A DNA stretch of 64,000 nt, taken from Sphingomonas sp. GTDB lineage: Bacteria; Pseudomonadota; Alphaproteobacteria; Sphingomonadales; Sphingomonadaceae. Location of the stretch: positions 963-64,962 of the forward strand of contig NZ_JBCNMA010000005.1 of the NCBI RefSeq assembly GCF_039595165.1, read 5' to 3'. The position numbers and the translations under genes were made by a program. Within the stretch, counting starts at the first letter, position 1. The number at the start of each line of letters is the position of its first letter. This document shows positions 19,633 to 29,194 of the stretch, piece after piece. The notes below the pieces were generated by a model. It saw only the letters and a list, made by a program, of their open reading frames with translations. It was not told where the DNA came from and did not search any database.

Positions 19633-22458
19633 ATGAAAGAATTTGCACGTCAGCGTCGCAACGGACTCCTGCTGGGTTCGGCGGGTGCCGCATTGATGCT
19701 CTCCCTCTCCACGGGGGCGGCGGCGCAAACCGGCAACGCACCGGCCGGCCCGGCACAGGCCGAGCCGAATGAGGCGTCGGAGGTGGTCGTCACCGGCTTC
19801 AGGGCCAGCGTGGAGAATTCGATCAGCGCCAAGCGCGATGCGCCGATCATCGTCGACGTCGTTTCCGCCGAGGACATCGCCGGCCTGCCCGACGTCTCGA
19901 TCGCCGAGGCGATCGCCCGCCTGCCCGGCGTCGCCGCGCAACGCACCGGCGGCCAGGCGAGCGCGATCAACATCCGCGGCCTCAGCCAGGACCTGGTCTC
20001 CGCGACGCTGAACGGCCGCGAGCAGGTTTCGACCAGCGGCCTGCGCACGATCGAATTCGACCAGTATCCCTCCGAGCTGCTCTCCCAGGCGGCGGTCTTC
20101 AAGTCGCCGATGGCGTCCCAGATCGAAGGCGGCATCGCGGGCAAGGTCGAGTTGAGGACCGCGCGGCCGCTAGACAACAAGAAGAATTTCTCGGCGTCGT
20201 TGAACCTGCGCGCCAGCTATAACGACCGGGCGAGCCAGAGCCCCGATGCCGACGAGTTCGGCTATCGCGTATCGGGCGGGATCCAGGCCAAGCTGCTGAA
20301 CGACACGCTCGGCATCGCGCTCGGTTATGCCCGGCTCGTTCAGCCCAATGTCGCGACGCGTTTCGTCGGCTACGACTATACCCGCACCGGCACCAATGGC
20401 GGGGGCAACGCGCTCGACCTCAACAACAACGGCGTGCGCGATTCGATCGGCTACGGCTTCGAAGCCACTCAGTTCGGCGGCACGGAGACGCGCGACGGCG
20501 CGCTGGCGGTCATCCAGTTCGAGCCGTCACCCAGCACCCGTTTCCAGATCGACGGCTATTATTCGCGCTTCAAGTCGGATGTTCGCCGCCGCGGCGTGCG
20601 GTTCGGCGGCGAGCAGAACGGCAATACCGCCAGGGGCACGCTGATCAACCCGGTCAGCGATGGGGACGCGATCACCGGCGGGCGCTTCGTCAGCGGCAAC
20701 GGGATCGATTTCGAATCGATCAACCAGGACGAAAGCGACCGCGATCGGCTGTATACGATCGCCGGGAACTTCCAGCAGGACTTTGGCGATCGCCTGACGC
20801 TCAATCTCGATGCCAGCTATTCCAGCGCGAACAGCTATTTCGTGAATTCGGGCATCAACGTGAACAGCTATGTTCAGACGGGTGCGACCTTCACCCGGGC
20901 GAACGCCGTTCCGGGGGCGCTTCAGCTCGACTACCAGCTCAACGGGCTCAAACTGCCCACGGTCAAGTTCAACTATGACTTCACCAACCCGGAGACGAAC
21001 CGCTTCCAGGGCTTCTACATCGTTCCGCAGGAGGACGATGACGAACTCACCGCCTATGCCGGCGACCTGACCTACAAGTTCAACGGCTCCTTCCTGGAAT
21101 CCATCCAGGTCGGCGCCCGTTACTCGACGCGAACGGCGCAACGCACCGTCACGACGTTCAATTCCTTCGGCATCGCCAGCCCGGTTGCGCTCACGTCGGA
21201 CCTGTACAAGGTCGCCGGCTTCAAGGGCGATTATGCCGATGCCGGATTCCCCGATTTCCTGGCGGTGGATATCGACGCGATCCTCGACAAATATGTCGGA
21301 CCCAATCGCGAGGCACGCCAGGATTATCCATTCCTTGGCTTCACCTACGACCAGAGTTTCCGGATCCGTGAAGAGGTCTGGGCGGGGTTCGGGCAGATCA
21401 ACTTCAACACGATTGCCGGCGGGCTCAATTTCAAGGGCAATATCGGCCTGCGGGTGGTTCATACCGATCAGCAATCGACCTCGTCGCTGACCGATCCGAC
21501 GAGCGCGACCGGCGCGCGCTACGAATCCACGATCGGCGGCAGCTATACCGAGCTGCTGCCTTCGGCGAACTTCATCCTCGACCTCAGCGACCATGACAGG
21601 CTGCGCCTCAGTTTCTCGAGGCAAATGTCACGCCCGCGCTTCTTTGAGTTGCGCAACTCCATCTCCGTCGGCATCAACCCGATCGGCAACGGCGTATACA
21701 AGCCGAGCGGCAGCGGCGGAAACCCGAGGCTCAGGCCGTTTCTCGCGAAGCAGTTCGATTTCGGTTACGAGCATTATTTCGGAACGAGCGGCATCTTCAC
21801 CGTCGGCGTGTTCTACAAGGACCTCGAGAGCTTCATCCTCGGCGGCACCATCGACGAATTCGACTACCGCGCCGCCGGCCTGATCTTCCCGCCCTTGCCG
21901 TCGAACGCGCCGCCGGGATCGACCATTCTCGACACCGGTCCGCTATTCGCGCCGATCAACGGCAAGGGCGGCAATATCCGCGGTGCCGAGGTTCAGTTCA
22001 GCCGGAGCTTCCGCTCGCTTCCGGCACCGTTCGACGGACTGGGCGTCATCGTGAACTATGCGTACACGGAAAGCAGCCTGAACATCCGAAGCGGCCTTTC
22101 GGGTCAGGCGGTTACAATCCCCTTGCCGGGCCTGTCGCGGCACGTCGTCAATCCGACGATCTTCTACGACAAGGGCGGGTTCGCGACGCGCGTTGGCGTG
22201 CGCTATCGTTCGGGCTTCGTCGCACCGCAATTCGGGTTGAACGAACAGATCACCGGCAACGCGCCCGAGACCGTCGTCGATGCGCAGATGTCCTACGCGT
22301 TCCAGCCGGGAAGCCCGCTGAACGGGCTGACCCTCTACGTGCAGGGCAACAACCTCACGGACGCGCCGACCCGCTCCTTCTTTGGACGCGAAGCGCAGAC
22401 GGGCACGCTCCAGCGCTTCGGCCGGGTCGTCTACGCCGGCGCGACGTTGAAGTTCTGA
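19633..22458 (+). CDS. TonB-dependent receptor (alpha-glucan/maltodextrin locus)
   Basis: ATG 19633 with GGGAGGA upstream. Signal peptide ends GAAAQ. Plug SEVVVTGFRASVENSISAKRDAPIIVDVVSAEDIAGLPDVSIAEAIARLPGV. Terminal ...YAGATLKF. Confidence 0.9.
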   Translation: MKEFARQRRNGLLLGSAGAALMLSLSTGAAAQTGNAPAGPAQAEPNEASEVVVTGFRASVENSISAKRDAPIIVDVVSAEDIAGLPDVSIAEAIARLPGVAAQRTGGQASAINIRGLSQDLVSATLNGREQVSTSGLRTIEFDQYPSELLSQAAVFKSPMASQIEGGIAGKVELRTARPLDNKKNFSASLNLRASYNDRASQSPDADEFGYRVSGGIQAKLLNDTLGIALGYARLVQPNVATRFVGYDYTRTGTNGGGNALDLNNNGVRDSIGYGFEATQFGGTETRDGALAVIQFEPSPSTRFQIDGYYSRFKSDVRRRGVRFGGEQNGNTARGTLINPVSDGDAITGGRFVSGNGIDFESINQDESDRDRLYTIAGNFQQDFGDRLTLNLDASYSSANSYFVNSGINVNSYVQTGATFTRANAVPGALQLDYQLNGLKLPTVKFNYDFTNPETNRFQGFYIVPQEDDDELTAYAGDLTYKFNGSFLESIQVGARYSTRTAQRTVTTFNSFGIASPVALTSDLYKVAGFKGDYADAGFPDFLAVDIDAILDKYVGPNREARQDYPFLGFTYDQSFRIREEVWAGFGQINFNTIAGGLNFKGNIGLRVVHTDQQSTSSLTDPTSATGARYESTIGGSYTELLPSANFILDLSDHDRLRLSFSRQMSRPRFFELRNSISVGINPIGNGVYKPSGSGGNPRLRPFLAKQFDFGYEHYFGTSGIFTVGVFYKDLESFILGGTIDEFDYRAAGLIFPPLPSNAPPGSTILDTGPLFAPINGKGGNIRGAEVQFSRSFRSLPAPFDGLGVIVNYAYTESSLNIRSGLSGQAVTIPLPGLSRHVVNPTIFYDKGGFATRVGVRYRSGFVAPQFGLNEQITGNAPETVVDAQMSYAFQPGSPLNGLTLYVQGNNLTDAPTRSFFGREAQTGTLQRFGRVVYAGATLKF

Positions 22459-22477
22459 GATGGTCCGGCCGCCACAC

Positions 22478-22528
22478 TTTTCCCGCGATCGAGCGCGGGG
22501 AAGGTTGGGCGAGCCGTCGGCCAACCTT
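22478..22528 (+). terminator. Two tandem hairpins after the TBDR stop (possible attenuator/terminator)
   Basis: CCCGCG (22482-22487) pairs with CGCGGG (22494-22499). AAGGTTGG (22501-22508) pairs with CCAACCTT (22521-22528). No clear T-run. Confidence 0.3.
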
Positions 22529-22653
22529 GTGGGCGCTGATCGATCGATCAACATGAATCCGACAGTTTTTGACCAGCTTCACGACAGCGATGCGCACCGC
22601 ACGACACCTGCCCCATGCTATTCTCCATTATTCGCAGTGATCAACGAGTGCGC

Positions 22654-23472
22654 ATGATGACCAACGACCTGGATACCCACTACCCCGTCACGGCAGCGCA
22701 AATCGCGCAGTTCAACCGCGATGGCTTCATCCGCCTGAAGGATGTGCTCTCCGCCGAAACGCTCCGGCATTATGGCGAAGAGATCACGCGGCTGACGATC
22801 GCGCTCAACACGCAGACGCTGCCGCTCGACGAGCGGACGACCTATGACAAGGCATTCCTGCAAGTCATGAACTTGTGGGAAGAGAACGATACGGTGCGCG
22901 AATTCGTATTCGGCCGCCGCATCGCCGGGATCGCGGCCGCGCTGCTCGGGGTCGACGGGGTCCGTCTCTACCATGATCAATCGCTCTACAAGGAGCCTGG
23001 CGGCGGCATCACGCCGGCCCATGCCGACCAATATTACTGGCCACTCGACAGCGACCGCACGGTAACGGCGTGGATTCCCCTTCAGGCGGTGCCGCAGGAT
23101 ATGGGGCCGCTCGCCTTCTTCGAAGGCAGCCAGTCGGTCGAGTTCGGGCGCGATCTGGGCATCTCGGACGAAAGCGAGCGGATGATCACCGCCGACATGC
23201 AACGACATGGCTTCCCCGTGATCGACGGGCCGTTCGATCTGGGCGAGGTGAGCTTTCACCTCGGCTGGACGTTCCACCGCGCGGGGCCGAACCGGTCCGA
23301 TCGTCCGCGTTCGGTGATGACGATGATCTACATGGATCGCGACATTCGCCTGAAGGCGCCCGAGAACGCGATGCAGGAAGCCGACTGGGCGCGCTGGTGC
23401 CCCGGCGCGAAAATCGGCGAGGTCATCGACACGCCCAAGAATCCGGTGCTCTTCGAGAAGCGGGCGGCATGA
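22654..23472 (+). CDS. PhyH-family Fe(II)/2-oxoglutarate dioxygenase
   Basis: FNRDGFIRLKDVL N-terminus. Facial-triad candidates H-A-D in TPAHADQYYW and a distal His in VSFHLGWTFHRAGPN. The start could instead be 22615. Confidence 0.75.
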   Translation: MMTNDLDTHYPVTAAQIAQFNRDGFIRLKDVLSAETLRHYGEEITRLTIALNTQTLPLDERTTYDKAFLQVMNLWEENDTVREFVFGRRIAGIAAALLGVDGVRLYHDQSLYKEPGGGITPAHADQYYWPLDSDRTVTAWIPLQAVPQDMGPLAFFEGSQSVEFGRDLGISDESERMITADMQRHGFPVIDGPFDLGEVSFHLGWTFHRAGPNRSDRPRSVMTMIYMDRDIRLKAPENAMQEADWARWCPGAKIGEVIDTPKNPVLFEKRAA

Positions 23473-24599
23473 CCGGTGGGCCGGTTGCGGGGTCCGTAAC
23501 CGGGCCGGCGGCGATTGCCGACGGCGAGGGCGGCTTCGTGATCGACGAGATCAGCGTGGCGGCGCCAGGCCCCGGCGAGGTTCGCGTGCGGCTCCGCGCG
23601 GCGGGGGTGTGCCACACCGATCATGCCTCGCTCCGCTGGCCGGGACCGCTCGTGATCGGCCATGAAGGGGCTGGCGAAGTCGAGGCGATCGGCGAGGGGG
23701 TTACGCATCTTTCGATCGGGCAGCCGGTTCTGCTCAATTGGGCCATCCCGTGCGGCACGTGTTTCCAGTGTTCGCGCGGTCAGGAGGCGCTGTGCGAGCG
23801 AACCCATGAGATCGAGCCCGCGCGGCTGGGAACGAGCCGCGCACATGCCGGCCACACCCGTTGGAAAGGCCGAAGCGTGGAACGCGCCTTTCATCTCGGC
23901 ACCTTCGCGCGGTACACGTTGGTCCGGGCTGAGGCGGTTACGCCGCTACCCCCCTCGCTGCCGGCCAGCCAGGCGTGCGTTCTCGGATGCGCGGTGATGA
24001 CCGGGGTCGGGTCGGCAATAAATGTCGCGGCCGTGCAGACCGGCGACAGCGTTGCGGTGGTCGGTCTGGGCGGCGTCGGCCTGAATGTCATCCAGGGTGC
24101 CAGACTGGCCGGAGCGACGACGATCATCGCGGTCGACCGCCGGCCGGCGAGTCTCGAGCGGGCGCGCGCGCTCGGCGCCACGCATACGGTCCTGGCGTCG
24201 CCCGACGACGCGGGCCACGCCGCGTTGATCGCCGAGATCAAGTCGCTCAGCGATGGGCGAGGGGTCGATCATGCCTTCGAAGCCACCGGGGTCGCCGCGC
24301 TCGCATTTCTGCCTCTGCTGCTCGTGCGCAACGGCGGTAACGCGCTTCAGGTGAGCGGCGCGCATGGCGAAGTGGCGGTGGCGATGCCGGACTTCTTCTG
24401 GAACAAACGTTACCTGACGCCGCTCTATGGCGGCTGCATGCCGTCACGCGATTTCCCCCGGCTGTTCGACTGGATCGAACAGGGTTCGCTGGAAGTGGCT
24501 TCGCTCATCACGCACCATTATCCCCTGGCCGACCTTGGCCGCGCGTTTGAAGACATGCTTGCCGGAACCAGCGCCAAGGGCGTGGTGCGGATCGACTGA
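23469..24599 (+). CDS. Zinc-dependent alcohol dehydrogenase (MDR family)
   Basis: ATG 23469 overlaps the upstream stop (ATGA). GVCHTDH, GHEGAGEVEAIGEGV, structural-Zn cysteines CGTCFQCSRGQEALC, Rossmann VAVVGLGGVGL. The track ORF 23070-24599 has a spurious N-terminal extension. Confidence 0.85.
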   Translation: MTGGPVAGSVTGPAAIADGEGGFVIDEISVAAPGPGEVRVRLRAAGVCHTDHASLRWPGPLVIGHEGAGEVEAIGEGVTHLSIGQPVLLNWAIPCGTCFQCSRGQEALCERTHEIEPARLGTSRAHAGHTRWKGRSVERAFHLGTFARYTLVRAEAVTPLPPSLPASQACVLGCAVMTGVGSAINVAAVQTGDSVAVVGLGGVGLNVIQGARLAGATTIIAVDRRPASLERARALGATHTVLASPDDAGHAALIAEIKSLSDGRGVDHAFEATGVAALAFLPLLLVRNGGNALQVSGAHGEVAVAMPDFFWNKRYLTPLYGGCMPSRDFPRLFDWIEQGSLEVASLITHHYPLADLGRAFEDMLAGTSAKGVVRID

Positions 24600-24601
24600 C
24601 C

Positions 24602-25408
24602 ATGTTCCGCACCACCGAGCTTTCGGATCCTGCGATCCCACTTGACGGATTGCGCTTCATGACGGTGAAGAGCGCAGCACTGGGTCAGCGCGCCGATCTC
24701 ACGCTTTACGCGACCGCGGGGATCACGGCGGAGTCGCCGGTGATCCTGCTGCTGCATGGCGTCTATGGATCGCATTGGGCGTGGGCGGCCAAGGGCGCCG
24801 CACACCGGACCGCCGAAGTCTTGGTCGCCGAACGCCTGTTGCCGCCGGTGATTCTCTGCATGCCCTCGGACGGACTGTGGGGCGACGGGTCGGGCTATGT
24901 CGCGCATCGCGCGCAGGACTTCGAGACCTGGGCGCTGGAGGAAGCGCCCGCCGCCGCGCGGCTGGCCTACGGGACCGGCCCGTCGCCTCTGCTTGTCTGC
25001 GGGCTAAGCATGGGCGGGTTCGCGGCACTTCGGTTTGCCGGAAAGCATCCCGCGCGAATAACCGCTGCATCGGCGCATTCCGCGCTCACCCGGATCGAGC
25101 AGCTCGACGAGCTCATCGTCGAGTCCCGCGCGCGCTGGAGCAATGCGCCGGCCGATCGGTGCGTCCTTTCTGCGTTGCGCGACGCCCGCGGCGCATTGCC
25201 GCCGTTCCGCTTCGATTGCGGTGTCGAGGACGCCTATCTCGACGCCAATCGTGAGCTGCATGACGCGCTGAGCGCCGCAGGGATCGGACATGGCTATGCC
25301 GAACGCCCCGGCGGCCACGAGTGGAGCTACTGGCGGCGCGAACTCGCGGAGAGCCTGCGCTTCTTTGGCGCCGTACTTGCCAATCCCGACAGGAGACCTG
25401 TTACATGA
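24602..25408 (+). CDS. Esterase (esterase D / 'putative esterase' type alpha/beta hydrolase), no signal peptide seen
   Basis: ATG lies 2 nt after the ADH stop. VILLLHGVYGSHWAW and nucleophile elbow GLSMGGFAAL. Confidence 0.75.
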   Translation: MFRTTELSDPAIPLDGLRFMTVKSAALGQRADLTLYATAGITAESPVILLLHGVYGSHWAWAAKGAAHRTAEVLVAERLLPPVILCMPSDGLWGDGSGYVAHRAQDFETWALEEAPAAARLAYGTGPSPLLVCGLSMGGFAALRFAGKHPARITAASAHSALTRIEQLDELIVESRARWSNAPADRCVLSALRDARGALPPFRFDCGVEDAYLDANRELHDALSAAGIGHGYAERPGGHEWSYWRRELAESLRFFGAVLANPDRRPVT

Positions 25409-26976
25409 CGATCCTGGCTTCGCTTGCCCTTGCTGCCCTGACGCCGGCCGTCGCGTCTCCGGTCGAGGTCAGAACGTCGGACCGGCCGGCGTTGACGGCC
25501 GGGGCGATGCGTGACGAAGTGATCTATCACATCTTCGTGCGCAGCTTCCGCGACGGCAACGGTGACCGCATCGGCGATCTCAAGGGGATTACGGAGAAGC
25601 TCGGCTATCTGAAATCGTTGGGCGTTACCTCGCTGATGCTGACGCCGCTTCAGCCATCGCCTTACTATCACAATTATTTCGCGACCGACTTCGAGGGCAT
25701 CGATCCCGCCTATGGGACGATGCAGGACTATTTCGCCTTTGTCCGCGCCGCCCGCGCTCACGGCCTCAAAATCTATCTCGATCAGGAAATCCAGTATGTG
25801 GCCGAAGGCCACCCCTGGTTGAGCGAATCTCGCGGGAAGCCCGGGTCCCCGTTCAGCCGCCACATCCTGTACGACCGGCCCAGGACGAACGAGGAACCAC
25901 AACCGTTCCTGAAGCAGCCCGCCTGGCCGGGCTATGACGGCAAGTGGATCGGCATCTCGATGGTCGACATGCGCACGCCCGCGGTGAAACGCTATTTCGA
26001 GAAGCTGTTCCTCCACTGGATCGACCCCCGTGGGGACGGGTCTCTGCGCGATGGTGTCGATGGCTTTCGCATCGATCACATGATGGACGACCTCGACAAC
26101 AAGGGTCGCCTGACCAATTTGTTCGCCGATTTCTGGACTCCCATCTTTCGCGCGGTAAAGGCCCGCAACCCTTCCGCCCGCATCATCGCGGAACAGGCCG
26201 ACTGGGGCTATGGCGACGACTGGCTCAAACGCGGCAATGCCGATCTTGCCTTCGCATTCCCGCTGCGCGGCGCGCTGACCAAGCTCGACAAGCCCGCGGT
26301 CCTGAAGGCGATCCGCACGATGGACTTGGTGACTCCCGCCGCCAAGGGACAGATATTGTTCCTGGAGAACCACGATACCGATCGCTTCATGTCCGAGGTC
26401 GGCGACGATCCGCGCAAGGCGCGGGTCGGTGCGGCGCTCACGCTGCTTCTTCGCGGAACCCCCCTCGTCTATTACGGGCAGGAGCTGGGGATGCGTGGAC
26501 GGGTGGACGAAACCGCTCGCTCCGATGCGGCGCACATTCCGCTCCGCGAGGCGTTCCGATGGGACAGCGATCTCTCCGCTCCGGGATCTGCCATCTGGTA
26601 CAAGGGCGAACGGCCGTCCTGGATCAATCGCTACAACCGCAGCGGCGACGGAATCTCGCTTCAGGAACAGCGCGGGCAGCCCGATGCGCTGTATGACTTC
26701 TATCACAGGCTGCTCGCACTTCGAGCAACTCGGGCCGAGCTGCGCCAGGGCACGCAGCGGATCCTGTGCGACGATGCTTCGCCGGCATTGTGCTTCCTGC
26801 GTGAGCAAGGAAACGCGCGCGCGCTGGTTCTGGCCAACACGAGCGCCAACATCACGCGGGTCGCGCTGCCCGCGCTGGGTGGCGCCTGGCGCGACCTCAT
26901 GGACCGGAGCAAGGCAACCGATCCGGCCGACGTTACGCTCGCGCCCTACGAGGTTCGCATTCTCGGCACCCCCTGA
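25405..26976 (+). CDS. Secreted GH13 alpha-amylase family enzyme
   Basis: ATG 25405 overlaps the esterase stop (ATGA). Signal peptide MTILASLALAALTPAVAS. IYHIFVRSFRDGNGDRIGDLKGI, GVDGFRIDHMMD, IIAEQADW, FLENHDTDRF. Confidence 0.9.
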   Translation: MTILASLALAALTPAVASPVEVRTSDRPALTAGAMRDEVIYHIFVRSFRDGNGDRIGDLKGITEKLGYLKSLGVTSLMLTPLQPSPYYHNYFATDFEGIDPAYGTMQDYFAFVRAARAHGLKIYLDQEIQYVAEGHPWLSESRGKPGSPFSRHILYDRPRTNEEPQPFLKQPAWPGYDGKWIGISMVDMRTPAVKRYFEKLFLHWIDPRGDGSLRDGVDGFRIDHMMDDLDNKGRLTNLFADFWTPIFRAVKARNPSARIIAEQADWGYGDDWLKRGNADLAFAFPLRGALTKLDKPAVLKAIRTMDLVTPAAKGQILFLENHDTDRFMSEVGDDPRKARVGAALTLLLRGTPLVYYGQELGMRGRVDETARSDAAHIPLREAFRWDSDLSAPGSAIWYKGERPSWINRYNRSGDGISLQEQRGQPDALYDFYHRLLALRATRAELRQGTQRILCDDASPALCFLREQGNARALVLANTSANITRVALPALGGAWRDLMDRSKATDPADVTLAPYEVRILGTP

Positions 26977-27028
26977 GCTTACATGCATGCCGACCGGTGA
27001 AGACCGAAGAGATGGGACCCGCGCACCC

Positions 27029-27859
27029 ATGTCCATCCGTCCGATTTGCGAGCCCGTCATATTGCCGCCAGGCGCAACCTTGCGCGCCGAGCGCATTCGG
27101 CATCCCGCTCACGCGCCTGCAACCGAGCCGTTCCCGCACGTTCACGACGTCTGCGAGTTCGTGGTCTTTCATGAGGTGGCCGGAAGCTTCATCACCAGCG
27201 GTCGCCGCTATCCGCTGTCGCCCGGCTCGATCGTCTATGCGCCATCGATGGAAGTCCACGATTTCACGCTCGATGCCGGCCCGAAGGACTGGGTGCTCGT
27301 CCAGATCGACGCGATCAGCGCCGAAGCGCTGGGACGGCAGCCGGGATTCGAGCGGCTTGCACATTCCTTCTGCACGCGGCCGGACGGCATTCTGGGTGAA
27401 AGGATAGCCGGTATCGCCGACTGGCTGGCCGATCTCGGCCCCGCCGATGCGTTGGCATCGTCGTTGATCGACGTACTCGTGACGGCGATCGTGCAATCGC
27501 CGGTGATCGAAGGAGAACCGACGCCGCGGCGCGAGACAGGCGTGGACCGTCTCCGCCCGGCGCTCGATCGGCTTCGCCGCGATCCCGCCCACCCGGCCCC
27601 CCTCGAGGAAGCGGCGCAGCTATGCCATTTGTCACCCGCCTATTTCAGCCGGCAATTCAAGCAGACTCTCGGCGTGGCCTATGGCGACTATGTGCGCACG
27701 CACCGCCTTCACCTTGCGGCGCGGCGCTTGCTGGCGAGCGACATTACCGTAGCAGAACTCGCCTATGACTTGGGCTTTTCGACGCCCTCGCACTTCACCG
27801 CGTTATTCGGTCGTCGGTTCGGCGTTACGCCCCGCGCTTACCGCTTGGCGAGCCGTTAG
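27029..27859 (+). CDS. AraC family transcriptional regulator (cupin + HTH)
   Basis: Start at ATG 27029 (MSIRPICEP...). Cupin-like N-terminus (FPHVHDVCEFVVFHEV). C-terminal AraC HTH (LSPAYFSRQFKQTLGVAYGDYVRTHRL...GFSTPSHFTALFGRRFGVTPRAYR). Confidence 0.85.
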   Translation: MSIRPICEPVILPPGATLRAERIRHPAHAPATEPFPHVHDVCEFVVFHEVAGSFITSGRRYPLSPGSIVYAPSMEVHDFTLDAGPKDWVLVQIDAISAEALGRQPGFERLAHSFCTRPDGILGERIAGIADWLADLGPADALASSLIDVLVTAIVQSPVIEGEPTPRRETGVDRLRPALDRLRRDPAHPAPLEEAAQLCHLSPAYFSRQFKQTLGVAYGDYVRTHRLHLAARRLLASDITVAELAYDLGFSTPSHFTALFGRRFGVTPRAYRLASR

Positions 27860-27982
27860 CGACGAACGACCCGCTTCCTGTGCCGCACCGGTTGTCATTG
27901 CGATTGGGTGGATGCGGATGTGCAGCGGGGTCCGTCCATGCATCAAAGGCTGGCGAGAATTCCCGTCAGAGCATCGCTCCCT

Positions 27983-29017
27983 TCAGCGCAACATTTGAAT
28001 CCATTCCCACATATGGCGTTTTGCCAGATCCCCTGCGGGCGGCGGTGCATACTGGCTCGCCAGCGCCCGCGCTTCCCGAGGACTGATTCCGAAGTGCGAC
28101 CGGAAAGTTCGCGCGAAATTGGTACGCCAAGAGAATCCGCAGCTTTGCGCGATCTCAGCGATGCTCTTTCCCTGTTGCATGGGATCCCGCAGCATCACAT
28201 GGGCAAGGTGGAGTCGGCGTTCGCGTAGGCAGGACGCAAAGCCGCCGTGTGGTTCCATGAGGTAGTAGAGCTTGCGGCGCGATATCCCGAAGCGCTCAGC
28301 GACATCTTCGGCGCTGAGTTCCAGGTTCGCCGCCTGATCGGATATTAAACGATGGATCCGCGCGGTCAGGATAGGATCCACGAGCCGGGAGCTGTTCTCG
28401 GGCGCTTCGGCATTGAGGACCGCCGCCGCCAAAGCGAGTGTCGGGAAGACGATCAAATCTGCTTCCTTGACGCTCATGGTTGGGGCGGCGGCGAACAGGG
28501 CAATCAGGTGATTGCGGAACAGCGCGACCAGAGGTGCCGAGCCGGAGATGAGTCGAAGATTCTGTTCGTCTGGAGCTCTTAGAAGCGGCGCGAGCAACCG
28601 ACGCGGAACGGTCAGGTTGAGGCTGTCGAAGTCGCTTGTGGCGGTCGCATGGGGCTGGGCGAGGTCTGCGATAAGCAAGTCGCCCGGCCCGGCCTCCCCG
28701 CCTCCCATCCCCTCGCGACGGCCGTGCCTGCCGGAGAGGCAGAACTGGAGCGTGTAGTGGTCCACCCCGTCCCGCCCGATCCGGGCACGGGATCGATCGA
28801 AAGTTTGCGCAAGACAGCGATAGGCGGTGAGGACCACCTCGCCGAAGTGGAAGGCTTCGGCGCGAGCCTGAAAGGCGGTGTGGTCGACGCACAGGCGGAC
28901 GTCGTAGAGCGCATCCATGCTGTCTTTCCAGATCGCCAGAGCGGACTGGTTTCCGATTTCGGCGCTGTCGAACAGGCTGTGCGGGATTGAGAGCCCCGTT
29001 GGATCAACGTCCGTCAT
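27983..29017 (-). CDS. AraC family transcriptional regulator
   Basis: Start at ATG 29017 (GGGAGG upstream). C-terminal AraC HTH (LSAEDVAERFGISRRKLYYLMEPHG...IAEIAQSCGFSWRTNFARTFRSHFGISPREAR). Confidence 0.85.
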   Translation of the reverse strand: MTDVDPTGLSIPHSLFDSAEIGNQSALAIWKDSMDALYDVRLCVDHTAFQARAEAFHFGEVVLTAYRCLAQTFDRSRARIGRDGVDHYTLQFCLSGRHGRREGMGGGEAGPGDLLIADLAQPHATATSDFDSLNLTVPRRLLAPLLRAPDEQNLRLISGSAPLVALFRNHLIALFAAAPTMSVKEADLIVFPTLALAAAVLNAEAPENSSRLVDPILTARIHRLISDQAANLELSAEDVAERFGISRRKLYYLMEPHGGFASCLRERRLHLAHVMLRDPMQQGKSIAEIAQSCGFSWRTNFARTFRSHFGISPREARALASQYAPPPAGDLAKRHMWEWIQMLR

Positions 29018-29116
29018 AGCCTCGCCTCCCTTCGCTGATCCAGCCGAAGGCCGGACGGCGCGCCGAACTCTAACGCTCTGTCTCAAGACCAGCCAACGAT
29101 ATCGTAGCCGCATCAA

Positions 29117-29178
29117 GCCCTCCGGACGGTGCACACCCGCCCGGAGGGCTCGGTCGGGCTCAGGAACGAGGACCCGAC
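29117..29178 (-). terminator. Two GC-rich hairpins right after the autotransporter stop
   Basis: GCCCTCCGG (29117-29125) pairs with CCGGAGGGC (29141-29149), 9 bp perfect. GGTCGGG (29152-29158) pairs with CCCGACC (29172-29178). Only a weak T tract follows on the minus strand. Confidence 0.4.
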
Positions 29179-29194
29179 CGCCGGAGTCGGGCCG

